From positions 27,462 to 91,461 of the IMG/VR virus record IMGVR_UViG_3300009157_000018: a stretch of DNA of 64,000 bases. The stretch is one strand, 5' to 3'. The DNA is from a virus. The first letter of the stretch is position 1. The number at the start of each line of letters is the position of its first letter. A model generated the notes under the pieces. That model saw only the letters and a list, made by a program, of their open reading frames with translations, was not told the origin of the DNA and made no database searches. The position numbers were made by a program, and so were the translations under genes. Below are positions 25,087 through 35,930 of this stretch, one piece after another.

Positions 25087-28000
25087 CTATCTTCTTCTTC
25101 GTCCAGTTATTGCCGTCCGAAGTCGATTGCCAGTTTGACTTCCACGCAACCTAGCTATTCCATCGCCCACGACCCGAGAGCGACTTACCGAAGTTTCCAA
25201 GATTGATCCCAGCGTAGTGATGTTCTCACCAGATCGGAATACCAATCTGAGCACCGTATCCGTAATAGAAAACGATTCAAGGGTTTCTCTAAACAGAGAA
25301 ACCTGGCGCTCTGCACTTTCCACAAACGCAAGGGTCTCGGTCGCAAATCTCTGGATCGCAAGAGGGAAGCCCTCAACGAATTCACTGAACGAGATAGCGT
25401 CTACGGCATCTCGGGCAAAGCCCGCGAATCGCACTATTGAATCTGTTAGGCCGAGCGCATCCGTAGTTGAGCGTACCAAAGTAGAAACACGTTCGGCAGT
25501 GTCAGCCAGGCTGAGTGAATCCGAAATGGCTCTAAGCAGAGTCACTGATCGAGAAACAGTATCGCTAAGCCCCAGGGCATCTGATACAGATCGGAGAATA
25601 ACCCGGAAACCATCGACCGATTCTGAGAAGGAGATAGAATCGACCGTCGTTCTCATAGCGGTCAATGCTCTGGCAACGATATCTACAAGAGACACCGTAT
25701 CAGTCGTAGTTCTGACCAGACTCACAAGCCGAGTTACCGAATCAGCCAAGGCCAAAGCATCGGTCGCGAATCTCTGAACAACAGCGAGTGCTGCTTCGAC
25801 TACTTCAGAGAAGGAGATAGCATCAGATACATCCCTAAAGAATGATCCCACTCTGGTTGCTGCATCAGCGAATGAAAGACTGTCAATCGTTGAGCGTACC
25901 GAAGTCAGAACTCTGACAGACATATCAGCCAAAGTCAGCGAATCTGTGGTTATTCGGAACAGTGAGGCTATTCTGGTCGAAACATCAGCCAAGCCAAGAG
26001 CGTCGGCTACTGTTCTCACAGCCGTCTTAATCTGTGTTGCTACATCGGCCAGTGACAGTGTGTCGATTGTAGATCGAACAAAGTTGCTTACTCTGGTCGC
26101 AGTATCGGTCAGGTTGAGAGCATCAACGGTAGACCGCAAAATAACCCGGAGACCTATCGCAACATCCGCAAATGTAATCGAGTCAGCTACAGTACGGAAT
26201 AGGCTAACAGTTCGCGTAACTACATCTGCAAGTCCAAGCGCGTCCGAAGCACTCCGCAGGAAGGTACCCGTTCGCGTGACCACATCGGCCAAAGTCAGCG
26301 CGTCAGTAATGCTGCGGATAAATGTGCCTGTTCGGGTTGCTGTATCCGAGAAGGTTATGGAGTCAATCGCCGCTCGAACTTTAGCCTCGATATCCGAGAC
26401 AACTTCCGAGAAGGTAAGTTGATCGGAAATATCACGAAGGAAGGTACCCGTCCTGGTAGCAGCGTCAATTGAGCTCAGTGCATCAGCAGCAGATCGCAAG
26501 ATAGCTCGAATAGCCTCTGCCGTATCTGCCAGTGAGAGTGAATCAGTGGTCGTTCGAATTGCTGTAAGAACTCGCACTGCTGCATCGGAAAGCGTAAGAC
26601 TGTCCGCAACACTTCTTATAAAGGTGCCAACTCTGGTTGCTGCATCAGTGAGCGTAAGGGAAGCTACTGTCGTCCGTACAACACTTTTGATTCGATTGGC
26701 AACATCTGCCAGCGTCAGGCTGTCAGACACAGCTCTCAGGAAAGTACCTGTTCGAGTAACAACATCCGAGAATGACAATGCGTCGGTGGTTGTTCGAACT
26801 GCTGCCTTGATCCTGGTAACTGCGTCCGCTAAAGTCAGCGAATCTGTGGTTGCCCTGATAAATGTTCCTACTCTAGCCGCAGCGTCAGAAAGAAACAAGG
26901 CATCAACCGTTGATCTGATAAGAATCCGAGTTCCAGTTGCAACATCGGCCAGATTCAAGGAATCTGAAACAGCCCGAATAAAGGTGCCGGTTCTAGTAAC
27001 AGCATCGGCTAGTGCAATGGCATCAATCGCGGTTCTCACCGCACTCCTGATCCGAGTTGCTACATCCGTCAGAGTTAGTCCATCGGCTATTGATCGAAGG
27101 AATGTCCCAGTTCGCGTAACAGTATCATTAAGTGATAATGCGTCAGTGACAGAGCGAACTGCGCCTTTCGAGCGAGTGGCCACATCGGCTAGGGTAAGTC
27201 CCTGTGTAATACTTCGTAAGAATGTACCGGTGCGGCTGGCCACATCGCTCAGAGTCAGAGCATCAGTGACTATTCGGGCTAAAATCTTTGTACTCGTCGC
27301 AGCGTCGCCCAAGGTCAACCCTTGTGCGATTGCCCGGATAAAGGTGCCAACACGCGCTGCGACTTCAGCCAGATTAAGCGTATCAGTAATACTACGAACA
27401 AACCCGCCGGAACGGGATGCCCCAGCAGATGGACCTGTGAAGCCTGTGTTGTAATGTTCTAGTATCTGGGTCGGGGTCAGGACGGTATCGTAGATCGCTA
27501 TTTCATCGAGAGAGCCGGGGAACCACGAGGTTCCACCGGTCCCCGTGTTGCCGATAGCGAGTTGGGCACCCGCAGCGTCGGCAAGCGTCTGGTCCCCGAT
27601 GTAGGCTGTGACGTCGGTACCGTCTTTGTAGATCAGCGTATTGCCGCTGCCAGTTCCGTTGTAAGTGGCAACAAAGTGGTGCCAGTTTCCGGTATCGGTG
27701 GTCGTGCCCGATTCGGTGGCGATCTGGGCCACGCCCGCCTTGGCGAAGAAGAACTTGTCGCCAGTCCCGAAGCCGACCGCGTAGGCGTTGGTGCCCCGGT
27801 AAAGGATAAACCGGAGGGCGGCGGTGTCTGCAGAGAGGTTGGCCCAGCACTCAACGCTCAACGGCCCGTTGCCGAAGTCCATCGAAGCGTGGCCGGTAAT
27901 TCGGAACTGCTCCGTCGATCCGTCGAATGCGATGGCCGTGTCCGCGTCGCCCGCTAAAGCTCCAGTCTGACTATAGGTGGGCGTCCCATCCGTGAACGCC

Positions 28001-28230
28001 GCGTGGTTGGTGCCCGCCGAGTCCTGGGGAAGCCCGGATGCTTCGCCCATGCGCCAGTAGGAGACGGGTGAGTCGGCTATAACCACAGCACTATATGAAC
28101 CACTTGCCCCATCATTGAGCGTGAGGGCATCAATAGCCGTGCGGATAATTGCCTCAACACCATTGGCGGCAGGATAAACAGAGGGCCGACGCTGTTGCGG
28201 TTGTGGAGGTCTACGAAATAGGCCAGGCAT
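25087..28230 (-). CDS. LamG/concanavalin-A-like domain plus ~38 x 19-aa repeats; probable virion fibre or decoration
   Basis: PVSYWRMGE...WHHFVATY...GSLDEIAIY (LamG), then repeats RxxxDxLxLxDxxxRxxxx. Confidence 0.8.
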   Translation of the reverse strand: MPGLFRRPPQPQQRRPSVYPAANGVEAIIRTAIDALTLNDGASGSYSAVVIADSPVSYWRMGEASGLPQDSAGTNHAAFTDGTPTYSQTGALAGDADTAIAFDGSTEQFRITGHASMDFGNGPLSVECWANLSADTAALRFILYRGTNAYAVGFGTGDKFFFAKAGVAQIATESGTTTDTGNWHHFVATYNGTGSGNTLIYKDGTDVTAYIGDQTLADAAGAQLAIGNTGTGGTSWFPGSLDEIAIYDTVLTPTQILEHYNTGFTGPSAGASRSGGFVRSITDTLNLAEVAARVGTFIRAIAQGLTLGDAATSTKILARIVTDALTLSDVASRTGTFLRSITQGLTLADVATRSKGAVRSVTDALSLNDTVTRTGTFLRSIADGLTLTDVATRIRSAVRTAIDAIALADAVTRTGTFIRAVSDSLNLADVATGTRILIRSTVDALFLSDAAARVGTFIRATTDSLTLADAVTRIKAAVRTTTDALSFSDVVTRTGTFLRAVSDSLTLADVANRIKSVVRTTVASLTLTDAATRVGTFIRSVADSLTLSDAAVRVLTAIRTTTDSLSLADTAEAIRAILRSAADALSSIDAATRTGTFLRDISDQLTFSEVVSDIEAKVRAAIDSITFSDTATRTGTFIRSITDALTLADVVTRTGTFLRSASDALGLADVVTRTVSLFRTVADSITFADVAIGLRVILRSTVDALNLTDTATRVSNFVRSTIDTLSLADVATQIKTAVRTVADALGLADVSTRIASLFRITTDSLTLADMSVRVLTSVRSTIDSLSFADAATRVGSFFRDVSDAISFSEVVEAALAVVQRFATDALALADSVTRLVSLVRTTTDTVSLVDIVARALTAMRTTVDSISFSESVDGFRVILRSVSDALGLSDTVSRSVTLLRAISDSLSLADTAERVSTLVRSTTDALGLTDSIVRFAGFARDAVDAISFSEFVEGFPLAIQRFATETLAFVESAERQVSLFRETLESFSITDTVLRLVFRSGENITTLGSILETSVSRSRVVGDGIARLRGSQTGNRLRTAITGRRRR
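25230..27410 (-). repeat. 57-bp / 19-aa degenerate tandem coding repeat
   Basis: For example RSITDALTLADVVTRTGTF and RAVSDSLTLADVANRIKSV. Confidence 0.85.
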
Positions 28231-28241
28231 GACCTAGCCTC

Positions 28242-28727
28242 TTAGTTCAGTTCGTGGTAGGTGATCCCAGCGGACCAGTTGGCCAACGCAGCTGGCGTAC
28301 CGACGATTTTTAGAACGATGGCTGTATCTGCCGGAAGGCGGATTCGTTCCTCCGGGGTAGGCACCCACAGCCAACCGTTCAGGTTATTAAAACCATCATA
28401 AATAATTGGAGTGACAGCACCGGCACCTTCTGCCGAAGCATCTGTACCAGCCGTACCTTCAGCACCAGCCGTACCACCGACAATACCGGAAGCACGGCCA
28501 CCAAGGAAGTGTCCGACCGGGGTCGTGCTGGTATAGGTCCCAAACGCGGTCACTTTGGTCCCGAGGATGATGCCAAGTTGATCACTGGTCACACTATCCT
28601 GTTGGCCGACCCATGCGCGTAGAATCTCGATGTTCGACCCGCCCGTGGCCAGCGTGGAATCGGTATGGATGATAACCAAGGTAGCATCCGCGACAATTGT
28701 TTGGTTTTGCATTGTAACTGAGTACAT
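28242..28727 (-). CDS. Virion-associated protein (putative)
   Basis: Gly/Thr-rich, in the structural block. Confidence 0.5.
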   Translation of the reverse strand: MYSVTMQNQTIVADATLVIIHTDSTLATGGSNIEILRAWVGQQDSVTSDQLGIILGTKVTAFGTYTSTTPVGHFLGGRASGIVGGTAGAEGTAGTDASAEGAGAVTPIIYDGFNNLNGWLWVPTPEERIRLPADTAIVLKIVGTPAALANWSAGITYHELN

Positions 28728-28736
28728 TAACGACTC

Positions 28737-29414
28737 CTAGTGGGCGAGGATTTGGGGATAGAGCGAGAAGCGTGGTACGCGTTCTGAGGCGACGACCACC
28801 GGAAGTACGGCCACCGTATATGCTCGCCATGCCAACGACTGATCGGTGTTGAACGCATCAGGGTCCGAGGAGAACACTCCCGTTCGATTCGCCGCAGCCA
28901 CCGAACTGTTGGTTGCGGGGGTCCCTCCGATTCCAGTCGTCTTTTGGACTAAGCCGCTGTATCCGCTGGGTGCAGCGTTGCACCAGGTGTCGTCATCGGC
29001 CTCCTCGCCAGCCTGATAGAATGTCGAGAAAAACCTACACTCCGATCCCCCAGCAGAAGGAACCAGATTCCCCGAATCAGGACCCGTGGATGTACCCGTT
29101 GTGACGGTGGCGAACTCGGGCGGGGTAGAAAAGTCTTGGAGGTTGTAGGCGATCGCACACGCCTTGGAAGACGTGATCGTTATAGCGACATTCCCACCCT
29201 CGGACCCAACTAGCTCCTTGTAGAGGATGTGGAAGTTGGCGTTGATGTTTGTCAAGTTAACGAAGCTGTCACCGGGCGAGATTGTGCCAGCCACCGATAG
29301 CGATAGGAAGATGAGGACCAGATCGCCCGTGGTCTGGGTGAACGTCGGGGTGGCCGTTGTTCCCGCCGTGGTCAGGGCGTATTCCGTGGTGGCCACGATA
29401 GACGGGGCAGCCAT
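28737..29414 (-). CDS. Virion-associated beta-rich protein (putative)
   Basis: Thr/Ser/Gly-rich, GDLVLIF motif. Confidence 0.5.
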   Translation of the reverse strand: MAAPSIVATTEYALTTAGTTATPTFTQTTGDLVLIFLSLSVAGTISPGDSFVNLTNINANFHILYKELVGSEGGNVAITITSSKACAIAYNLQDFSTPPEFATVTTGTSTGPDSGNLVPSAGGSECRFFSTFYQAGEEADDDTWCNAAPSGYSGLVQKTTGIGGTPATNSSVAAANRTGVFSSDPDAFNTDQSLAWRAYTVAVLPVVVASERVPRFSLYPQILAH

Positions 29415-29971
29415 CTACATCGTCCAGTCTTGCGGTGGGCACACTCCCTGAATCCAGGACGGTGATCCCGCACCATGCACGTCCACGCTGAACGCCACAT
29501 CTCGCGCATCGCGCCCAGTGTTGGTCAGCGTCACCGTCCATGTTCCGCTAGTTAAAATACCAGGAGCGTAGAGGCTTAATGGACGAAGAGCGCAGCGCCA
29601 GAATAGATCACGGCCCTGCCGATCCATTCGGAAGTAGGCTGGATATACTGTCCCGGCTGGTGAAGTTGCCGTCAGGAGCAGTGGGCCGCCTCGGTAGGCA
29701 TCGCTGTATAGGAAGCCTCCGGTACCCGGCGATCGTCCGTCAAGAGCGAGATCGCACCAGCGCAACATGACGCTGAACGATTCGCCAGGTGCTAGAGAAC
29801 CCTTCCACGTTCGATCGTGAATCCAGTCCTCGTGGTAACAGGTAGATAACCCACCGATGGGCTGAATCTTATGTTCATCGACAAGGAATAGGCCAGACTG
29901 GGGCTTGCCCGCCGCTACCGGGGCAGCCACAAGCAGGCCGACCAGCAGAGCCAAGATCAAGCGCTTAATCA
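29415..29971 (-). CDS. Secreted protein with signal peptide, inserted in the structural block
   Basis: MIKRLILALLVGLLVAAPVAA signal; C-terminal GTWTVTLTN. Confidence 0.55.
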
Positions 29972-30034
29972 TTTCATATATCTCCATTGTGGTGTTGGGG
30001 GGATAAATCCCCCCATTCACCACTTAGGCTACCC

Positions 30035-30838
30035 TTATGACAGGGTTACGGTGTCGGTTACCTGGAGAGTATCGCCGTTGATCACATTGGCGTCAGCGTT
30101 CAGCACGGTCTCGAAGACCATGATGCCCGTTGCGGTCAGCGTGCTCGCGGTGAACAGTCCCATCTTGTGGATGGCCGGGAAGGTAGCCGTAATTGAGTAC
30201 GACTTCTGCAATGTAAAGGTCGCAGTACCCGGCGTATGGGCATAGGTAGCTAACTGTCGGTTCGCACCGCCAGTCGTAATCTCGCCCGTAAGTGCCGTAT
30301 CCGTAGCGGATGCTGCACCAGCGTTTTCAGTCAGCGCCATGTAACGAGGACGAACGGTCGGATAGATCGCGTAGTTCGCGGTCGCACCCGGAGTCGTTCC
30401 AGCTGAGTCGTCAGCATTCTTCCAAGCATCAATGGTCAGAACCGTACCAGTGTTCGACCCAATGTTGCCATAGACCGGTGTGTTCGTAGTCTCTTCAGCA
30501 ATGACTGTCCAGCCCTTGAAGCGATCAGTCGTCCAAGCTTCGCCAGTATCGGTAAGGCTGGTTGCAGATGAACCGGTTGCCACATTAGCACCGTTGTTCA
30601 CACCTGCTGCCCCTAGGCCGTCCGCAACGAGGTCGCGACCGGTATTGGTAAGTAGGTTGTGGCTAATTCCCAAGTCGGTAAAGGTGTCATCAGCATGAAA
30701 GATGATGGCACTGACTTCATTGGGTCCTAACCGAAATGATTGTTCGACAGTTCGACCGCGAACAATAGAAAGCATAGCCGAATCCGACAGAGTTACCACC
30801 TCTAGTTGAGGCTTCGGCCGTGGCTTAAGAAAATTCAT
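30035..30838 (-). CDS. Virion structural protein (NLLTNTGR...ALTGE...MGLF type)
   Basis: Motif pattern common in fibre/baseplate-related phage proteins. Confidence 0.55.
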   Translation of the reverse strand: MNFLKPRPKPQLEVVTLSDSAMLSIVRGRTVEQSFRLGPNEVSAIIFHADDTFTDLGISHNLLTNTGRDLVADGLGAAGVNNGANVATGSSATSLTDTGEAWTTDRFKGWTVIAEETTNTPVYGNIGSNTGTVLTIDAWKNADDSAGTTPGATANYAIYPTVRPRYMALTENAGAASATDTALTGEITTGGANRQLATYAHTPGTATFTLQKSYSITATFPAIHKMGLFTASTLTATGIMVFETVLNADANVINGDTLQVTDTVTLS

Positions 30839-30884
30839 ATCCTTTTTTCTCCTGTACCATCACCAAAGGATGGACTCTGTAGAA

Positions 30885-30928
30885 ACAAAATAGAGGGGCC
30901 GACCCCGGAAGATCGGGACCGGCCCCTC
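30885..30928 (-). terminator. Terminator downstream of the major capsid gene
   Basis: GAGGGGCCG...CGGCCCCTC stem followed by TATTTTGT. Confidence 0.65.
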
Positions 30929-30954
30929 GGGGTAATCGCTAAGTCCTAATTGGT

Positions 30955-31983
30955 TTATGCAACCGTTAGGACAAACGACCAGTCTGGGTGGAAGATGCGA
31001 GGCAGAACAGCACAGGCAACTCGGATGTACTCGCGAGTTGGGTCTGGCATTGTCCAGTTCTCAGCACCAATTCCCTCAACTACTGTGCCGTCAGCAAGCA
31101 AGTGAGGAACAAAGGCCATCTCACCGTACTTCTCCCCGCCATCGGTAGCACCGACAACGAACAACACCTTGTTGTTCGGCAAGAAGTACTGGAAGGTCCC
31201 TGCCCAGTTCACGTCTTCCTTGTAACCCTCGTCATAATTAACAATACGAATATTGCTGATGACAGAGGTAACGTGCTCAGACTTGACTAGATCGTTCGCG
31301 CCTTCAACATATCGGAACTCCTGTCTTAGGAGATCGTGAGCATCAAGGAGATTGTGCGTATTGCTATTCATATACGCAACCTTGATTCGACGCCCAGTGT
31401 CTTCACGAACCTTCTTCAAGGCATTCGCGAAGTCAGCGCGAGCTGTAGCCGTAGTTGGAGCATCCCACTTTGCTGTGCTTGTAAGCGTTACAAACTGGGT
31501 AACTGGCACTCCGAAACTGATCTTGAAGGTCAAAAGCTGGCCATCAATAGTGTCAGAGTAGTTGATTTCACCGGTCAAGGCAGCATCCCACCGCATCTTT
31601 TCAAGACGCGTTTCAACATTGCCGCGCATGCGGGCTAGTTGACGAGTGATGCCAGCTCGGCCAATTCGGGCCTCTCGCTCGCCAGGCTGGCGAAGGAAGA
31701 GGATATCGGCCTCCGAAATAGCGTACTTCTGTCGGATATCGACAGCCTCGGCGCTCAGTCGATCAATCCCAGGATGCTTAACAAGCGGGGACTGAGCGTC
31801 ATAAGCAACGAGCGGTGCGATATTTCGGCCACCAAGCTCAACTTCCCACTGCACTTCGCGAGTAGGAGAAGAACCGTTTGGCAGAAGCTGATCACCAACC
31901 AAATCGCCAGTTGGGCGAAGGTTGCTAACCAGATCGGTTAGAACGACGCTTCGGAGGAAGGGGATTTCGTTATATAGACCCAT
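30955..31983 (-). CDS. Major capsid protein (lambda gpE / Phage_cap_E family)
   Basis: 342 aa; APLVAYD, RLEKMRWDAALTG, ISFGVP, KWD motifs; follows the decoration gene. Confidence 0.85.
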   Translation of the reverse strand: MGLYNEIPFLRSVVLTDLVSNLRPTGDLVGDQLLPNGSSPTREVQWEVELGGRNIAPLVAYDAQSPLVKHPGIDRLSAEAVDIRQKYAISEADILFLRQPGEREARIGRAGITRQLARMRGNVETRLEKMRWDAALTGEINYSDTIDGQLLTFKISFGVPVTQFVTLTSTAKWDAPTTATARADFANALKKVREDTGRRIKVAYMNSNTHNLLDAHDLLRQEFRYVEGANDLVKSEHVTSVISNIRIVNYDEGYKEDVNWAGTFQYFLPNNKVLFVVGATDGGEKYGEMAFVPHLLADGTVVEGIGAENWTMPDPTREYIRVACAVLPRIFHPDWSFVLTVA

Positions 31984-31998
31984 TTCTCATTCCTCCGA

Positions 31999-32349
31999 CT
32001 AAACGATCACGAAGTGTTCAGAAAGTTCCACTCGTGCAGCATCGTCGATGCCGATAAGTGAACCAGACCGTACCACTCCCATGACCTGCATTGATCCCAG
32101 ATGATCGCCATCTGAAGCATCAACGCGCTCAAATAGAATTCCTTTTGCCGTCTCAGTTCCGTCGCTAGCGCCACCGGCATAGATAGTGTACTTACCTGAG
32201 GCAGTTACCTTACCTAGAACAGTACCACCAGAAAGGACAGTGCTTGAGCTCACGATAGTTACCGAGAACAGCGAGTCCAATCCATGGTCGTTGACATAGT
32301 ACGGAAGCGCGGGACGAGCGGAATCTTCTAATGCAGCATTAATAGGCAT
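31999..32349 (-). CDS. Head decoration protein (gpD-like)
   Basis: GTVLGKVTASGKY...DGTETAKGIL. Confidence 0.85.
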   Translation of the reverse strand: MPINAALEDSARPALPYYVNDHGLDSLFSVTIVSSSTVLSGGTVLGKVTASGKYTIYAGGASDGTETAKGILFERVDASDGDHLGSMQVMGVVRSGSLIGIDDAARVELSEHFVIV

Positions 32350-32352
32350 AGA

Positions 32353-33507
32353 TTATTCCTTCTTGTCTACTGGTGGCGGAAATGCTTCCAAGGCTTCCTG
32401 CCGCCATTTTGGAAGATTGTCACGAACGACCGCCTCGTCCACATCAATTTCGTCTTCCGTTGGCTCCACCTCGGCATCAGAAGCGATTCCCTGTGCAGGG
32501 GTAACTGCGGAAAGGAGAATTTGCTTCATCGCCTGGTATGCATCATCATCGAGGTTGGACAGCATCTTGGTGTAAGCCTCGCGCTGGGTCTCGGTGGTTG
32601 GTGCAATTTTTTCTAGTTCCGAAAGTCGCTCGGAAACACGCTTATCTGATTCTAGTTGTGCTTTTTCAGCAGCAACCTGGGCAGAAAGCTCCTCGTACAT
32701 CGCCTTCCAGTCTTCCTGGCTGTCAGCGGGTTGCTTATCAGAAGCCTCTTCCGCAGACTCGGCAACAATTGGTATCGGCATATTTGCCTCCCCGTTGTCA
32801 GTATCATTCCGCGATACATCGGCTTCCGATGAACTCTCAAATGAGTTCCACAATAAACTATCACTTACAGTGCCATTAGTACTATCAGTAGTAGTTGTAA
32901 TGACAAAGTTTGTGACTGCATCGTTCGTCGTAGCCACGGTCATCGGCTGTATAGACGGCATGGCCGCGAGTGTTGCCACATCTTCGTCATACGCCTCTGC
33001 CAACGCGAGTACTCGATTGCGAGGATCAGCCCCCTTGGACACGATGCCCAATCCAGAAAACACACCATCCTTTGGAGTGATATGAACCCCTTCTTCGGAC
33101 TCCTCTTCATCGAAGTCATCAATCATGAGTTCGACAGAGGTTTCAAGGGCTCCATCACCGAACAGTTCGACAACTTTGCGAACAGCCTCGGGATAGTAAT
33201 GTCTCCACAATGCAGCGGTAGTCTGAATCTTCTCGGTTAATGGATCGAAATTGGCTGAAGTAATCGACCCAATCACATTTTTACTGTGACCAGAAGCTTT
33301 CCCATCCAATAGCAAGATGTTGACTGGTTTCCCAATCAACTCCTTTACATGCTTCGCCAAATATTCATTGGTGAAGTGGAGGATGTGACCCGTTGCTGTT
33401 TTATTGGTAACCCCGACACTCACCACATCAGCGACCATCGTGACCTCGGAAGGGTCCTTTGGATTCGCTAACGAGGCTTCGACGGGGAGGTTAAATCTTG
33501 TGTTCAC
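32353..33507 (-). CDS. Prohead protease / scaffold protein
   Basis: GH...IG.I, SVE, F.G.GIV..GADP, followed by an acidic coiled-coil tail. Confidence 0.75.
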   Translation of the reverse strand: MNTRFNLPVEASLANPKDPSEVTMVADVVSVGVTNKTATGHILHFTNEYLAKHVKELIGKPVNILLLDGKASGHSKNVIGSITSANFDPLTEKIQTTAALWRHYYPEAVRKVVELFGDGALETSVELMIDDFDEEESEEGVHITPKDGVFSGLGIVSKGADPRNRVLALAEAYDEDVATLAAMPSIQPMTVATTNDAVTNFVITTTTDSTNGTVSDSLLWNSFESSSEADVSRNDTDNGEANMPIPIVAESAEEASDKQPADSQEDWKAMYEELSAQVAAEKAQLESDKRVSERLSELEKIAPTTETQREAYTKMLSNLDDDAYQAMKQILLSAVTPAQGIASDAEVEPTEDEIDVDEAVVRDNLPKWRQEALEAFPPPVDKKE

Positions 33508-35195
33508 GATTGCTTCACCTTGGATTCTCGAATTTGACCGCCCCGTGAAGATCGGGACTTATCCTTTTGAGTATCAGGTCCCGTCCCAGACGACTTAGGC
33601 TTTTCAGCCCCAGCAGGAGGTCTTCCATCACCTGGCGTCCCCACTGTCTGTGAGAACGACGGTCGGATGGCAAAGACTTCCTCCAAACCGTCCTTCTTCT
33701 CGCGCTTGCGTCGAGAAAGTTCTCGTTCCGTGCTGGTGTTTGCCAGATCATGGAGAGTCTCGACCGAGAGAACACCACGATCGTACAAGCCCTGAGCGAA
33801 GGTTCGGAAGTTCGCGTCATCGTCAAGATCACGAGTCTGGAACAATGCGTACACATCGAAGTCCCAGCCATTTTCTTCAGCGATTCTTCTAAACCAGAAA
33901 TTATTCTGGTCTTCGACTATATCGCGCCAGTAACCAAGTCGAGCTCGGTTGGCTGATACATCGAGCGAGCCAGAGTCCAAGTCTCCGGCACCACGGCTCT
34001 TGCTGTTAAGCGGGAATCCGAAGTGACCATAGATTTCACTAACTGGCTGCCAGAATTTCTCAGACGAGTTCAGGATATCGGTCGGTGGAGTTACCACCTG
34101 AACCTTCACGCCGTCAGGAACAGCGTGGCTCTGGACTCGGCCACCTTCCATAAACTTCTGGACAATGGACCGCGACTTGCCTGGTGAGGTTCCTGGTGGG
34201 AATGTCCACACCAAGAGCAAATTCACCATGCCGTCTGCCACCGACCAGTCAGCCAAGGACAACTTTCGCTTCATCGCGATGGCCGAGAAGATCGGCACTA
34301 AGGTTGGTGTTGGCCAACGCTTATTCTGGCGTAGCCGTAAGCTCGCGATATACGCGTCTTCTTGCGGCAGCTCGATTGCGAAACTACTCTGCAAGCGAGG
34401 AGCGGCCTCGAATTGGTTATCCGTCATAGACGATGACAGGAAGCTCAGATCAGTGACCAATCGCTTCCGAACATCAGGAATGATTTCGGTAATCCCATTC
34501 TTCCGGCGCTTGGTTATCGCCTCGGCTTGCTTGGCAGATAATAAGTAATAATACTTTCGTTGCCCAGAAAACGGGTCAATGTAGGGAATAATCGCCTTTT
34601 GGTTCAGATTAACCAGGACGCGAGGCATCCGATACACTTTCCCATCGCACAAAACTGGTCCCCAGTTGGGAAGGGTATATGCAAAGCTGGTAAGAACCAA
34701 GTCCAACATCAATGAGCGATCATATTCTTGGAGACCACCAAAGATGCCGATAGATCGATTAACCTCGGTAACCCATTTATCTATCGCTTCGCGCTCAGAG
34801 ACGCTCTCCTCTGGCATCTGAATCTCTTGAGCCGTGATCGATTGCTCGATATCGCGGTTGATAAGGGAGTGAACGAGCGGCTCCTGCTCGTAGTAGTCCT
34901 CAGACCACTCGACCCTGGTGTAATAGTCCGAAGGGACTGTGAGTCTAGGAGTTCGGTATCCCTCGGGTAGCGCCGAAGGCGTGACAAGTTTTCCATCTTT
35001 CCAACCTGCTACGGTAAGCAGGGCGTTAAGGCCCGGAGCAACTGCATCCCACTCGGACAACAGGTCCTTGACCTTTTCTTTATTCCCATTAAGATGCTCT
35101 GGAACTTGACTTGTAACCTGTACAGTTCCGTCATCCCCAAGGGTCGTAATAAGTTGTGCGCTCGTAACGTCGTCTTCCACGGCACCTATGCTCAC
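33504..35195 (-). CDS. Portal protein
   Basis: 563 aa between terminase and protease; LYDRGVLSVET, GRP near the C-terminus. Confidence 0.75.
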   Translation of the reverse strand: MSIGAVEDDVTSAQLITTLGDDGTVQVTSQVPEHLNGNKEKVKDLLSEWDAVAPGLNALLTVAGWKDGKLVTPSALPEGYRTPRLTVPSDYYTRVEWSEDYYEQEPLVHSLINRDIEQSITAQEIQMPEESVSEREAIDKWVTEVNRSIGIFGGLQEYDRSLMLDLVLTSFAYTLPNWGPVLCDGKVYRMPRVLVNLNQKAIIPYIDPFSGQRKYYYLLSAKQAEAITKRRKNGITEIIPDVRKRLVTDLSFLSSSMTDNQFEAAPRLQSSFAIELPQEDAYIASLRLRQNKRWPTPTLVPIFSAIAMKRKLSLADWSVADGMVNLLLVWTFPPGTSPGKSRSIVQKFMEGGRVQSHAVPDGVKVQVVTPPTDILNSSEKFWQPVSEIYGHFGFPLNSKSRGAGDLDSGSLDVSANRARLGYWRDIVEDQNNFWFRRIAEENGWDFDVYALFQTRDLDDDANFRTFAQGLYDRGVLSVETLHDLANTSTERELSRRKREKKDGLEEVFAIRPSFSQTVGTPGDGRPPAGAEKPKSSGTGPDTQKDKSRSSRGGQIRESKVKQS

Positions 35196-35593
35196 TAATC
35201 GTTATGCCGGATATAGTAACAATCCGGGCAGTATAGATGCCGGTCGGTCCCAATCATCAATCTCTGATGGTCAACAGGGCATCGAGGCTGTAGTTCCAAG
35301 AAGATGCCCACAAACAACAACACAAATGCTGCTGCTGTAAATATGATCATTTCCATGGAAGGAACAACTGAACTGGAAGACACAGCACGCCGAACTTGAT
35401 ATCCCACACATACGCCATTTCTTGGTCTTGGTCAATATGCTTTAACTGAATGGGATATCCAGACGGAAGTCTCACACCAGATAAGTCTCGAAAGGCGCTT
35501 GCTTCATCAAGCTCTATCGGTCCTGCTGTCAACACAAATCTTCCCACATTGGAAAGAGTCGGCCATAGACTAGATGCTGCCATTATTCTCGGC

Positions 35594-35902
35594 TCACATA
35601 GCTTCGTCGGCTAATTTCTTAGCGTAATAGTAGTCTTCGTACCAGTCAGAAAGGTATTTATCCTTTGCTTTTCGATACTCTTTCCACTCTTCTTGGGTGA
35701 ACTTCCTCTTCTTGTTCTTTGGAACTCCACCAGACAAACCATCTCGGTCGCGTTTTCTCTTAGGAGGTTCCCCAATGCGATATCGCAACTCATCGTATTT
35801 CGAGTTGACCGGATACCGATCTTCTAGTTCGCCCCAATATTCAGGATTTTCATCTGCGGCAGCTTCGAAAAAGTCGTCAGCCGTCTGTCTTTTCTCAGGC
35901 AA
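35594..35902 (-). CDS. Hypothetical protein
   Basis: 102-aa charged ORF. Confidence 0.5.
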   Translation of the reverse strand: MPEKRQTADDFFEAAADENPEYWGELEDRYPVNSKYDELRYRIGEPPKRKRDRDGLSGGVPKNKKRKFTQEEWKEYRKAKDKYLSDWYEDYYYAKKLADEAM

Positions 35903-35930
35903 GGAGATACCCTACATGATTACTCTTCAC

